The notes: generated by a model from the letters alone, not told the origin. A stretch of DNA of 48,208 nt from Candidatus Kaiserbacteria bacterium CG10_big_fil_rev_8_21_14_0_10_59_10 (GCA_002773285.1 PFBM01000014.1:1-48208), one strand, 5' to 3'. Counted from the stretch's first letter, positions 1 through 8,870 are shown. Numbers and translations: made by a program.

Positions 1-939
1 GCCGACCATCGGCGCAGCGCGCTCCCGCTCGATGATGCGTTCGACCACAGGGTGGTTCGTAACGAACACCGCTGCCGGCGAAGCGTCCCCAATGCTAGTC
101 GGTACAATATCGGGACTTCGAGGAACTATCTCAACCACAACGCTGCCACGCTCAATGCCTGTCCCGCGGAAAAGGTATTCCTCCACCATGGAATCAACAT
201 ACTTGTTTACCGAACGCGCGATGGACGAAAGCGGCAACAGCGCATGGCCAACTGACGCGAGTGATCGTTCCGGTTCCTGTGCGACGTCCGCGACAGATTC
301 GCGTACGGCAGCGGCAAGTGCTGCATAATCCGCGCCCATCACCCTGTGCGCCGCATCTTTAACATACGCGACATGCGCACGAGCAGTGTCGACTGCAAAG
401 CGAGCGTACTGACCGTCAACGATCGCATACGTACCGAACGTAAGCATGAACGCTGTGACAAGCGCGGCTACACGGTTCAGGAACTCAAGAAGCGGGCTCG
501 TCGCATACAGCGGCGCATGCGCACGCGTCTCCACTGCGCGGGCTACCGGCCGTGCATGTAGCGCCCGCAAGAGCGCCGCATGCACCATGTCGACAGGTTC
601 CGAAGAACTTCCCCCCGATAGTGCTCCCCCTTGAGAAGCAATAGCGGTATGCGCAGGCACTCCGCCAGCGTGCACTCTCGCCGACGCCGCATTACCGTGA
701 TACTCGCGGGACCTCTCCGCTGATAAACTTTCCTTCCGCTTTTTTCTTTCGATCGCCTGTTGGTGCATGTAGGCGCGGAACCCGTTGATATCGATATACC
801 AATTTCGCCCGACCCGTCTTCCCCTCACCTTGCCCAGACGTGCAAGTCGCGCGACATAGTCCTGGGTCAACGAGAACTCATCTCCCACCTCGCGCGCGGA
901 AATGTAACGGACACCATCAAAAAGTATTTCGTCACTCAT
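1..939 (-). CDS. Membrane protein with N-terminal excisionase-like (HTH_17) DNA-binding unit; 3' end runs off the window; absent from the supplied ORF track
   Basis: Manual translation from ATG at 939 has no stop down to position 1. It begins MSDEILFDGVRYISAREVGDEFSLTQDYVARLARLGKVRGRRVGRNWYID, a paralog of the repeats in 1289-2248. A hydrophobic segment follows (RVAALVTAFMLTFGTYAIV). Confidence 0.85.
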   Translation of the reverse strand, partial: MSDEILFDGVRYISAREVGDEFSLTQDYVARLARLGKVRGRRVGRNWYIDINGFRAYMHQQAIERKKRKESLSAERSREYHGNAASARVHAGGVPAHTAIASQGGALSGGSSSEPVDMVHAALLRALHARPVARAVETRAHAPLYATSPLLEFLNRVAALVTAFMLTFGTYAIVDGQYARFAVDTARAHVAYVKDAAHRVMGADYAALAAAVRESVADVAQEPERSLASVGHALLPLSSIARSVNKYVDSMVEEYLFRGTGIERGSVVVEIVPRSPDIVPTSIGDASPAAVFVTNHPVVERIIERERAAPMVG

Positions 940-1225
940 GGAAATAGCAGAGCCGATTTATCTATAATTGTACTAGTCATTTCGGCTATCCGGACTCTGT
1001 CCGATTGTGAGTGTGGGGATAAAAGACACAGATCCCACATGGGGACTTTATGCCGCTACGCGCGCCGCGGCCTCGTCGACAATTCCTGCAAACGCATGTA
1101 TCTCGCTTGTCACCCGAGGTTGAAAGGGAAAAATAGAGTACGGCTTAGCCGTTGCCGAGCATTTGTGCAAGTAATTATTTCTTTTAATCGTACTTTCCCG
1201 CTTCTAACACGCCTAAAAACTGTAT

Positions 1226-1254
1226 AAAAACGTCCCTCGGCTTGCCGAGAGACG
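1226..1254 (-). terminator. Intrinsic terminator of the 1289-2248 gene
   Basis: Minus strand reads CGUCUCUCGG-CAAG-CCGAGGGACG followed by UUUUU, about 35 nt after the stop codon. Confidence 0.8.
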
Positions 1255-1288
1255 GATAATTCCGGAGGAGGAGACAGTCAAGACTCAC

Positions 1289-2248
1289 CTATCTACGATA
1301 CTCTAGTGACTTTGAGAAATACTGCCTGACTCTTTCTGCCGCGACGCTCTCACTTAATACCGCAGACACTACGGATGCCTGCTGCATTACCCCCGACACC
1401 CGCACGGCAAAGGTAGGGTTCTGCGGAAATGCCACTAGTGCTACGTATACCGTTATAACTAAGGCACTTAGAGACCCTGCAAGAACCCAACCGAGCCCTT
1501 TTTTCCTGATCGTCCTGGCTGCTGCGTCCCCACCGCGCTCAACGGCTACCAGCGGTACTGTGTCGCCTCCAGCCACTGATCGGTGCAATACGCGTATCGG
1601 GATGCGCTGTATGAGCTCGTCCTCAACGTAGGGCTTATTTTCTCTTGTTATTTCACCACCTTTCACCTTATTCAGTATAGGGAGTGCTACGTGTTCAACC
1701 GTATGGTACGAGTAGTGGACTCCACCGGCAGGAATTGCGCTCCCGATAGGATCTCCCCCTGTGCTCGGCTGCATAGTCCGCACAAGACCTACTGATTCGG
1801 CCTGCACTCGTGCAAGCAGTGCATCCTTCTCGGCCTTGTGCGCGCGCAGTTGCTCAAGGTCCACATACCATCGCGTACCTATCTGTCGCGCCATGATAGT
1901 GCCGCTCCGGGCGAGTTGCCCAACGTAGTCCGGATTATAGCCGCACAGTTCTGCAGCTCGGTTAGCCGAGATATAGCTTCTACCCTCGAATGACACGACG
2001 GATTCCACTTGTGGCTTCTCAAACCTGACCTGTGGTCTCGATTGCAGAACCCTATCTCGCTCGATCTCACCGGCGTGATGCTTTTCAATGGAATCCTTTC
2101 CCACATACCAAAGTCCGCCAATTCTGCGTGCATCAATTTTGCCAGCGCGCGCCAGCTGCCCGATGTAATCCTGCGCGTAGCCCGTTAATTGCGCGGCTCG
2201 CCTAGACGAGATATATTCGGCACCCTCGAAAACGACTGTATCGGTCAT
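1289..2248 (-). CDS. Protein with two tandem HTH_17/excisionase-like units and a C-terminal transmembrane helix
   Basis: Two repeats: FEGAEYISSRRAAQLTGYAQDYIGQLARAGKIDARRIGGLWYV and FEGRSYISANRAAELCGYNPDYVGQLARSGTIMARQIGTRWYV. TM segment WVLAGSLSALVITVYVALVAF. Confidence 0.8.
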   Translation of the reverse strand: MTDTVVFEGAEYISSRRAAQLTGYAQDYIGQLARAGKIDARRIGGLWYVGKDSIEKHHAGEIERDRVLQSRPQVRFEKPQVESVVSFEGRSYISANRAAELCGYNPDYVGQLARSGTIMARQIGTRWYVDLEQLRAHKAEKDALLARVQAESVGLVRTMQPSTGGDPIGSAIPAGGVHYSYHTVEHVALPILNKVKGGEITRENKPYVEDELIQRIPIRVLHRSVAGGDTVPLVAVERGGDAAARTIRKKGLGWVLAGSLSALVITVYVALVAFPQNPTFAVRVSGVMQQASVVSAVLSESVAAERVRQYFSKSLEYRR

Positions 2249-2306
2249 ACAGGAAAGTATACGCCCGATTCTACCGAAGGTGCGAGAATTGCACTCCTTG
2301 TGTGGA

Positions 2307-3779
2307 TTACGCGGTATGACTACCCTTCTGTATCTCCTCCACCAGTATCTTCTTCAAAAGCTCCGGATCTGCCGCACCCTTAGTCGCAGCCATGCCCTTG
2401 CCTACAAGGAACATGAGCGCCGCCTCTTTTCCCGCGGCGTAGTCCGCCGCCACACTACTATTTTCCTCGAGGACACGCCTCACGACCGCTAGCAACGCGT
2501 CATTATCCTGCATCTTGAATAGGCCCAGCTGCGTGGCGAGCGTTACAGGGTCCTTGCCCGTACGGACCATCTCCCGCAATACATCCTTCGCGCCGCGAGA
2601 GGAAACCTCTCCGGCCTCGGTGATACGCACCAGCTCGGCAAAATCCGCGGGTACTATCGGAATCTCGGATTGGATCTCCGTATCTCGCTCGGCAAAATCT
2701 CGGATTATATTCGCAAGATCATTGGCTATGTAATTGGAGGCCAGCGCCACGGTGTTTGGTCGGTCCTGCAGCTCGCCCACCACCTTGTCCACGAACCCTC
2801 CTAGGAGCGGGTCCCGCACGTATTGCTTGGCATCGGACTCCTTGATTCCTAGTGCGACATATCGGGCATACCTCTGCCATGGCAGCTCTTGCAGAGTCCG
2901 ACGAAGATCTTCCGGAGCGAAGTCAGGCAACTCGGATAGTCGTAGTGACGGCAAATCAGGATCGGGGAAATATCGATAATCTGCAGAGACCTCCTTCACG
3001 CGCTGCGTGAACGTGGCTTGCTTCTTCTCATCCCAGCCGCGCGTTTCCTGCGGCACCGACTCCCCTTTTTCAAGAAGTGCCGTTTGCCTCTCTATCTCAT
3101 ACCGCACTGCACGCTCCATGGCATTGAAGGAATTCAAATTCTTTATCTCAACTTTGGTTCCGGATGGATGGCGTGCACCGTTCACTGCTTCCTGGCTACT
3201 CACGCTTATATTGGCCTCAACACGCATCTCGCCGCGCTCCATCTCGGCATCCGAGGCGCCAAGGTAGCGCAGAAGAAGCTGCAGTTCCCGCGCAAACTCG
3301 CCCGCTTGCTCTGCACTTCCAATGACCGGCTCCGTCACAAGCTCCATAAGCGGCACGCCCGCGCGGTTGTAGTCAATGAGCGTTTCCCCCGTGGATTCAT
3401 CGTGCATCGAGCTCGCGGTGTCCTCTTCGAGGTGTATCCTGGTAAGCGCGACTCCTGCGAGTTCACCGCCGGAGACCAGCGGATGCTCATACTGGCTTAT
3501 CTGATACCCCTTCGGTAAATCGGGGTAGAAGTAATTCTTGCGGTCGAATTCCGTGTAGTCCGCGAGCGTCCCGCCGACCGCGACACCCACGCGCAGCACG
3601 TGCCGCACCGCTTCCCTATTGACGACGGGGAGCGTCCCGGGATGCGCCATGCATACCGGGCACACGTTCACGTTCGGCCGCACTTCGCGCGTATCGTTTT
3701 TGGACGAGCAGAACATTTTCGTCCGCGTCTTGAGTTCGGCGTGTATCTCCAATCCTATAGTGGGACGATACTCTGACAT
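2307..3779 (-). CDS. gatB: Asp-tRNA(Asn)/Glu-tRNA(Gln) amidotransferase subunit B
   Basis: Motifs IGLEIHAELKTRTKMF, FDRKNYFYPDLPKGYQISQ, RIHLEEDT, DYNRAGVPLMELVTEP and YRYFPDPDLP. Start moved to MSEYRPTIG (3779). Confidence 0.97.
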   Translation of the reverse strand: MSEYRPTIGLEIHAELKTRTKMFCSSKNDTREVRPNVNVCPVCMAHPGTLPVVNREAVRHVLRVGVAVGGTLADYTEFDRKNYFYPDLPKGYQISQYEHPLVSGGELAGVALTRIHLEEDTASSMHDESTGETLIDYNRAGVPLMELVTEPVIGSAEQAGEFARELQLLLRYLGASDAEMERGEMRVEANISVSSQEAVNGARHPSGTKVEIKNLNSFNAMERAVRYEIERQTALLEKGESVPQETRGWDEKKQATFTQRVKEVSADYRYFPDPDLPSLRLSELPDFAPEDLRRTLQELPWQRYARYVALGIKESDAKQYVRDPLLGGFVDKVVGELQDRPNTVALASNYIANDLANIIRDFAERDTEIQSEIPIVPADFAELVRITEAGEVSSRGAKDVLREMVRTGKDPVTLATQLGLFKMQDNDALLAVVRRVLEENSSVAADYAAGKEAALMFLVGKGMAATKGAADPELLKKILVEEIQKGSHTA

Positions 3780-3861
3780 GGCTAGTGTATGGCCTCTCGG
3801 CACATCACGGACAATGTACCACACCGAGGCGGCGAGCAGAACATGGCAGCGCGGAGTCGAG

Positions 3862-4542
3862 TCACTGCTGCGTCTCGTCACTGCCCTGCTCCTTTACCGC
3901 AGCCCTTCCCCGAGCACGCAGCATATACCACGCAAGAGCGAATACGGTGGCGCCAACTACGACCATACCGGCTAAGAGCAAAAAGTTTCCGCCAATAAGT
4001 ATTGAGCCGCCGTATGCAAATATGAAAGAAAACGGTGCAACACCGATGAGCGTCGCGAGCGTGTAGGTGCCGAGCGGAATGGTGCTTACCAATCCGATGG
4101 CGTAGCTCAAAAAATCGACAGGAACGACCATGCGCAGCAGAACGAGCGTGAAGAAGTTGAGCCGTGCCGGTACGCGCCGCTCGTACCGTGCCACTTCATC
4201 AAGGGAGACGAAACGTGCAACAAGCGGCCTGCCCCAGCGGCGCGCTATGACAAACGCGACCACGGCCCCCGCCGTCCACCCTAATACACTGAGCGTGCCG
4301 ACAAGCGCTGGATGCAAAAATGCGGCGGCTACAGGGATGGCGGGCGTGGCAGTGATCGGCGCGACGACAGTCGCGATAAACATAAGAAGCGTGAACGAGA
4401 TGCCCACCAAGAAGGGCCTTCCTTCGGCGAGTGCGATGATTTCCTCGGGTGAGAAGCCCCACATAAACAGGAGCGCGGGAACGACAAAAAAGAGCGTAAG
4501 TACGCCCGCCGCGAGAATACCGAGTTCCATCTTTCTCGTCAT
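3862..4542 (-). CDS. VTT / SNARE-associated (DedA/TVP38 superfamily) membrane protein
   Basis: Multi-TM protein with GWTAGAVVAFVIARRWGR and LLRMVVPVDFLSYAIGL...YTLATLIG pattern. Start uncertain (4569, 4542 or 4530). Confidence 0.85.
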   Translation of the reverse strand: MTRKMELGILAAGVLTLFFVVPALLFMWGFSPEEIIALAEGRPFLVGISFTLLMFIATVVAPITATPAIPVAAAFLHPALVGTLSVLGWTAGAVVAFVIARRWGRPLVARFVSLDEVARYERRVPARLNFFTLVLLRMVVPVDFLSYAIGLVSTIPLGTYTLATLIGVAPFSFIFAYGGSILIGGNFLLLAGMVVVGATVFALAWYMLRARGRAAVKEQGSDETQQ

Positions 4543-4627
4543 ATAAAGAGGCGCTTTACCAGTGTACATCCTCTTTGCGTTTCGACGACACCGAGATGGG
4601 ACATCCTCGCCCCCCCTCTGCTGCCCC

Positions 4628-7168
4628 TTAGGACGAGACGATGCGCCAGCCGGAGGCGAGAAGCGGCTCGGCCTTTTTGTATTTCATCTCCTTTTTCTCC
4701 TTGCCGTCCGTAACGACGACCTTGTCGTTGCGACCGTACGTCTTTTTCATCGGCGCCGCGCTGCGTGCCGTTATCGCGCTCGCCTGCCGCATGACGGCGT
4801 TCGCTTGCGGAGCCGCGCCAAAAGTAACGATAGGTGACGGCGGCGACCGTAGGAAATCAGACAAAAGCTTCCCCACCTGCGCCGTGTAGGACTCCTCCAT
4901 CTGTTGGAAGAGGCGCAGGCCTTCTTTCTTGTATTCGACCAACGGATCGCGCTGGCCATACGCGCGCAAATTGACGCTCGAGCGCAAGTATTCCATTTGC
5001 TCGAGATGCTCCACCCAGAGAAAATCTATCGACTGAAGCAGAAAGCGCCGCGCGGATGTATAAAACTCCTCGCCGAGCGACTCGCGCTTCTCCTCTATGA
5101 GCGCGGCAAGCTCTTTGTTCTCCGCCGTTATATCGGCAAGCTCTTGCTCGAGCGCTTCTTTGCCACCCGTGAGTATCGCGCGTCGGCGCTTATACACGCT
5201 TCGCCGCTGAATGTTCAACACGTCGTCGTACGACAAGACATGTTTGCGCGCGTCGAAATTCAGCTCCTCGATGCGCGTCTGCGCCTTCTCCAGGGAGCGC
5301 GTTATCATCTTGTTGTAAATGGGTTCGTCCTCCGGAATGCCGAAGGTACCCATGACCCGCTTTATCACGTCGGATGCGAAAATACGCATGAGCGCATCCT
5401 CGAGAGACACGAAGAACTGCGTCTCGCCGGGATCGCCCTGCCGGCCGGCGCGCCCGCGCAGCTGGTTGTCTATGCGCCGCGCGTCGTGCCGCTCCGTCCC
5501 GAGCACATAGAGGCCGCCGAGGCGTTTCACCTCCTCGTACTCCTCATCCGTCGCCGGATTGCCGCCAAGCTTGATGTCCACGCCACGGCCGGCCATGTTG
5601 GTCGCGATAGTCACCATGCCCTTGCGTCCCGCTTGCGCGATTATCTCTCCCTCGCGCTCGTGGTTCTTTGCGTTCAGAACCTCGTGCGGTATGCCCGCCT
5701 GCTTGAAATGGGCCGCAAGAAGCTCGTTCTTCTCGACGGACACCGTACCGACCAAAACCGGCTGCCCCTTTTGCTGAAGCTCTTTCACCTGCCGCGCGAT
5801 AGCTTTGAACTTCCCCTCCTCCGTTTGGAAGATGAGGTCTTCGTGGTCCAATCGCGCCGTCGGCTTATTGGTAGGTACCGTCACCGTGTTCAACCCATAC
5901 ACGGTGAAGAATTCCTCCGCCGACGTCGCCGCCGTTCCTGTCATGCCCGAGAGTTTGCCGTAGAGGCGGAAATAGTTTTGATAGGTAATGGACGCGAACG
6001 TGCGGCTCTCCTGCTGGATGCGCACGCCCTCTTTCGCCTCTATCGCCTGATGCAGCCCATCGCTCCAGCGGCGCCCGGGCTGCAGCCGCCCCGTAAACTC
6101 ATCCACGATGATTATTTCGCCATTGCGCACCACGTATTCCTTGTCGCGGTGGAATAGCGCCTTCGCCCGCACGGCGGTCTCAAGATGATGCACGTTCTTG
6201 ATGCCTGCGTCCGTGTACAGATTATCGACCCCGAGAGCCGCTTCCGCCTTCTCGATACCCGCGTCCGTAAGCGCGACCTGCTTGTGCTTCTCGTCTATCG
6301 TGTAATCTTCTTCCGGCACCAGCGTGCGGGCGATAGAAGCGAAGCGCTCGTATAGGTTCTCCGCATCGGCCACCGGCGCGGAGATAATAAGCGGGGTGCG
6401 CGCCTCGTCTATCAGAATGGAGTCTATTTCGTCGACGATGGCATAGTGGAATTTTCCGTCCTCGGACATGCGCTGCCTGAGTTTTTGCGGCTCGTATTCC
6501 AAGTTGTCGCGCAGGTAATCAAAGCCGAACTCACTGTTCGTACCGTAAGTGATATCCGCTTCGTACGCTTCGCGGCGTGTGCAAGGCCGCAGATACTCGT
6601 GCACGATCTTGTAGGAACCGAGTGCGTCGCGTTCGGCATCCGCCTCACGCTCCTCGCTGGAAGGCACCGCGCTCGGATCATAGAGATACGACACCTCGTG
6701 GTTCAAGACGGCGACCGAGAGGCCGAGCGCGTGGTACACCTGCCCCATCCACGCGGCGTCGCGGCGGGCGAGATAATCGTTCACCGTAATAATATGCACG
6801 CCCTTGCCGGTGAGCGCGTTGAGGTAGGCGGGGAGCGTCGCGACCAAGGTCTTGCCTTCGCCGGTGCGCATCTCCGCTATCCCTCCCTGATGCAGCACCA
6901 TGCCACCGATAAGCTGCACGTCGAAATGCCGCTGCTGGAGTGTGCGGCGCGCGGCCTCGCGCGCCGCGGCAAATGCCTCCGGCGCGAGCGAATCGAGCGT
7001 ATCGCCCGTCATGAGCCGGTTCCTGAAATCGTGCGTTTTAGTGTGGAGCTCCTCATCAGAGAGCGCCTTCATGTCCTCTTCAAGCGCATTTACCTGCGCC
7101 ACAATAGGCTCCGCACGCTTCAGCGCGCGCGCATTCTCATCCCCGAACAAACGCTTGATGAACGACAT
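4628..7168 (-). CDS. secA: Preprotein translocase ATPase SecA
   Basis: Motifs EMRTGEGKT, TVNDYLARRD, GFDYLRDN, IVDEIDSILIDEARTPLIIS, ATNMAGRGVDI and RRIDNQLRGRAGRQGDPG. Confidence 0.98.
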   Translation of the reverse strand: MSFIKRLFGDENARALKRAEPIVAQVNALEEDMKALSDEELHTKTHDFRNRLMTGDTLDSLAPEAFAAAREAARRTLQQRHFDVQLIGGMVLHQGGIAEMRTGEGKTLVATLPAYLNALTGKGVHIITVNDYLARRDAAWMGQVYHALGLSVAVLNHEVSYLYDPSAVPSSEEREADAERDALGSYKIVHEYLRPCTRREAYEADITYGTNSEFGFDYLRDNLEYEPQKLRQRMSEDGKFHYAIVDEIDSILIDEARTPLIISAPVADAENLYERFASIARTLVPEEDYTIDEKHKQVALTDAGIEKAEAALGVDNLYTDAGIKNVHHLETAVRAKALFHRDKEYVVRNGEIIIVDEFTGRLQPGRRWSDGLHQAIEAKEGVRIQQESRTFASITYQNYFRLYGKLSGMTGTAATSAEEFFTVYGLNTVTVPTNKPTARLDHEDLIFQTEEGKFKAIARQVKELQQKGQPVLVGTVSVEKNELLAAHFKQAGIPHEVLNAKNHEREGEIIAQAGRKGMVTIATNMAGRGVDIKLGGNPATDEEYEEVKRLGGLYVLGTERHDARRIDNQLRGRAGRQGDPGETQFFVSLEDALMRIFASDVIKRVMGTFGIPEDEPIYNKMITRSLEKAQTRIEELNFDARKHVLSYDDVLNIQRRSVYKRRRAILTGGKEALEQELADITAENKELAALIEEKRESLGEEFYTSARRFLLQSIDFLWVEHLEQMEYLRSSVNLRAYGQRDPLVEYKKEGLRLFQQMEESYTAQVGKLLSDFLRSPPSPIVTFGAAPQANAVMRQASAITARSAAPMKKTYGRNDKVVVTDGKEKKEMKYKKAEPLLASGWRIVSS

Positions 7169-7202
7169 ATACCGTATGGTAGGAGCATCCTATCACCAAA
7201 CC

Positions 7203-7237
7203 AAAAACGAAACACCCCTCTACTGAGAGAGGGGCAT
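7203..7237 (-). terminator. Intrinsic terminator after the Lys-rich peptide gene
   Basis: Minus strand GCCCCUCU-CUCAGU-AGAGGGGU followed by GUUUCGUUUUU. Confidence 0.75.
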
Positions 7238-7256
7238 TTCTTATCCGAGAAGAAGA

Positions 7257-7355
7257 CTATCGGCGCTTCTTTTTTGTTGCCTTCTTCTTTGTGGCCTTTC
7301 TCTTTGTGGCCTTCTTCGCGGTCTTCTTCTTTGCCGCCTTTCGCTTTTTTGCCAT
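7257..7355 (-). CDS. 32-aa Lys/Ala/Thr-rich histone-H1-like basic peptide (below the ORF-track size cutoff)
   Basis: ATG at 7355 to TAG at 7257 gives MAKKRKAAKKKTAKKATKRKATKKKATKKKRR. It has KAT(K) repeats with synonymous variation and its own terminator. Confidence 0.75.
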   Translation of the reverse strand: MAKKRKAAKKKTAKKATKRKATKKKATKKKRR

Positions 7356-7479
7356 GGTATGTGTAAATTCGTTTTCGACTAACATCGACCCGCATCTGTG
7401 CGCTTGCGTGCGCGAGCGTCAATGCGTTTTATTAATTATTGCATTCACTTGCGCGTACAAATGTTTTTTGCACATATTA

Positions 7480-7488
7480 TGTGGATAA
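7480..7488 (-). promoter_or_regulatory. Perfect DnaA-box consensus TTATCCACA
   Basis: TGTGGATAA on the + strand in a divergent intergenic region. A second copy lies at 7790-7798. Confidence 0.45.
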
Positions 7489-7789
7489 GTCGACGCAAAC
7501 AAAAAACTTTCTCGCGCGCGCAGTAAAAACATTTCATCCTATTTTCAAAATCAAAAATGTTTTTGCTCACAAACCTGAAATCTCTCAGTGTGCGAATGCA
7601 TCGCACCCCTTAGCGAGAACGCCGCGCTCGGAGAGTCGCGCGAAGTGTGGTTCATCCCACGAGCATTCTTCTACAAAGACACTGCGCCATGCGAGCGTGA
7701 TGCTTGATGAATGATTCGCGCGCATCTTGCACACAATGAATCGTACGTATCTTGCACACACTCATGCACATGGGAATTCCCCTAACCCC

Positions 7790-7798
7790 TGTGGATAA
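7790..7798 (-). promoter_or_regulatory. Perfect DnaA-box consensus abutting the left REP palindrome
   Basis: TGTGGATAA at 7790-7798. Confidence 0.45.
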
Positions 7799-7825
7799 AA
7801 CCCACGAGGTGACACCTCGTGGGTT
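7799..7825. repeat. REP-like palindrome, left of RAYT
   Basis: AACCCACGAGGTG-A-CACCTCGTGGGTT: 13-bp arms with a 1-nt centre. Confidence 0.9.
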
Positions 7826-7835
7826 AGGATGGGGT

Positions 7836-8507
7836 ATGGCTTACAGGCGCGTTCCCTTCCAAGTGGACGAGTGGTTCCATTGCTATAATCGCGGGATCGA
7901 CAAACGCACAGTGTTCGAATCAGAGGATGACTCTGAGAGATTTCTACAACTGCTGTATCTCGCAAATTCGGAGGAGAAACTACACCTTGCCGACATCTCT
8001 CTTACAACCGATGAGATTATGTGGCATGAGCGGGGCGCACCGCTTGTGTCAGTTGGTGCGTACTGTCTTATGCCAAACCACTTCCACCTAATGCTAAAGG
8101 AAATCCGCGAGAACGGCATTACCCAATTTATGCGAAAACTCGGGACTGCCTACACTATGTATTTTAACCTTCGGCATGAACGCACAGGCAACCTTTTTTT
8201 GAAACCGTTCCGTTCCCGACATGTCGACTCAGACAGGTACTTCCAGCACGTGGTCAATTACATACACTGCAATCCGGCCGAGAGAATCGACGCTGGTTGG
8301 AAGGAAGGTAGGATAAACAGTATGAACAGATTGGAGCGTGAATTGCGAGCATATCGCTATTCGAGTTTTCCTGACTACGTAGGTAACAGGCGACCGATAT
8401 CTGCGATTTTATCTGATGATGTCCGCGAGACGTATCGTCATGTTCCTGCTCGCAAAATGCTCAAAGAAGCGCACGCATACTACCGCGACCTAACCTTCGC
8501 ACTGTAG
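7836..8507 (+). mobile_element. REP-associated tyrosine transposase (RAYT, Y1 HUH family)
   Basis: Motifs FHCYNRG, AYCLMPNHFHL (HUH), YFNLRHERTGNLF, YIHCNP (catalytic Tyr) and YRYSSF. Flanked by identical palindromes. Start set at MAYRRVPF. Confidence 0.92.
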
Positions 8508-8540
8508 GCCGCGCACTCTAGCCTGCCTCACACCCACGAC

Positions 8541-8565
8541 ACCCACGAGGTGACACCTCGTGGGT
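8541..8565. repeat. REP-like palindrome, right of RAYT
   Basis: ACCCACGAGGTG-A-CACCTCGTGGGT, identical to 7800-7824. Confidence 0.9.
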
Positions 8566-8609
8566 TTAGCATAATGTTGTAGGAAAAGAACCAAGAGTAT
8601 ACAGGTAAC

Positions 8610-8837
8610 GGCGCAGTGCGGAGGACGGGTGCGAGCTCCAAAGTGAAAGTCTATGTGAGTGCCGCCGCCCTCCGCACTGTGCCCTTTTCGGTACGCGACG
8701 CGTGAAGATTCTCTTATTACAAGGTACCACGGCCACCTACAGAGGCAATTAGCGGGAGCCATAATACCGAACACCCCCCGGAGGGGGGTGCTTCGGCGAC
8801 TTTCTGCGGAGCCACAACTTTTGAAGTGGCACTCACA
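8610..8837 (-). ncRNA. Candidate structured non-coding RNA, family unknown; strand inferred from the promoter
   Basis: Lies between convergent genes. Complementary segments: 8610-8628/8665-8683, 8654-8663/8828-8837, 8645-8651/8798-8804, 8635-8639/8808-8812, plus a hairpin at 8767-8796. Confidence 0.55.
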
Positions 8838-8842
8838 CGAAC

Positions 8843-8870
8843 AGTATATGCAGCGGTGCAAAAAATGCAA
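8843..8870 (-). promoter_or_regulatory. Sigma70-type promoter pointing into the structured region
   Basis: TTGCAT (8870-8865) - N16 - TATACT (8848-8843). Predicted +1 near 8836. Confidence 0.6.

Noticed and set aside
6690-6701. REP half-site GACACCTCGTGG inside secA
   Set aside because: Only one arm, in conserved coding sequence; likely chance.
7120-7422. 100-aa ORF from the track (KEEGHK repeats)
   Set aside because: It is an alternative frame of the Lys-rich peptide gene; it crosses the terminator and overlaps secA.
8610-8837. Identification as RNase P RNA, tmRNA or SRP RNA (GAAAGUC recalls RNase P CR-I)
   Set aside because: I found no GAGGAAAGUCC with a matching CR-V, no tRNA-like ends, and no SRP GGAA/AGCAG loop. 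It is left unassigned.
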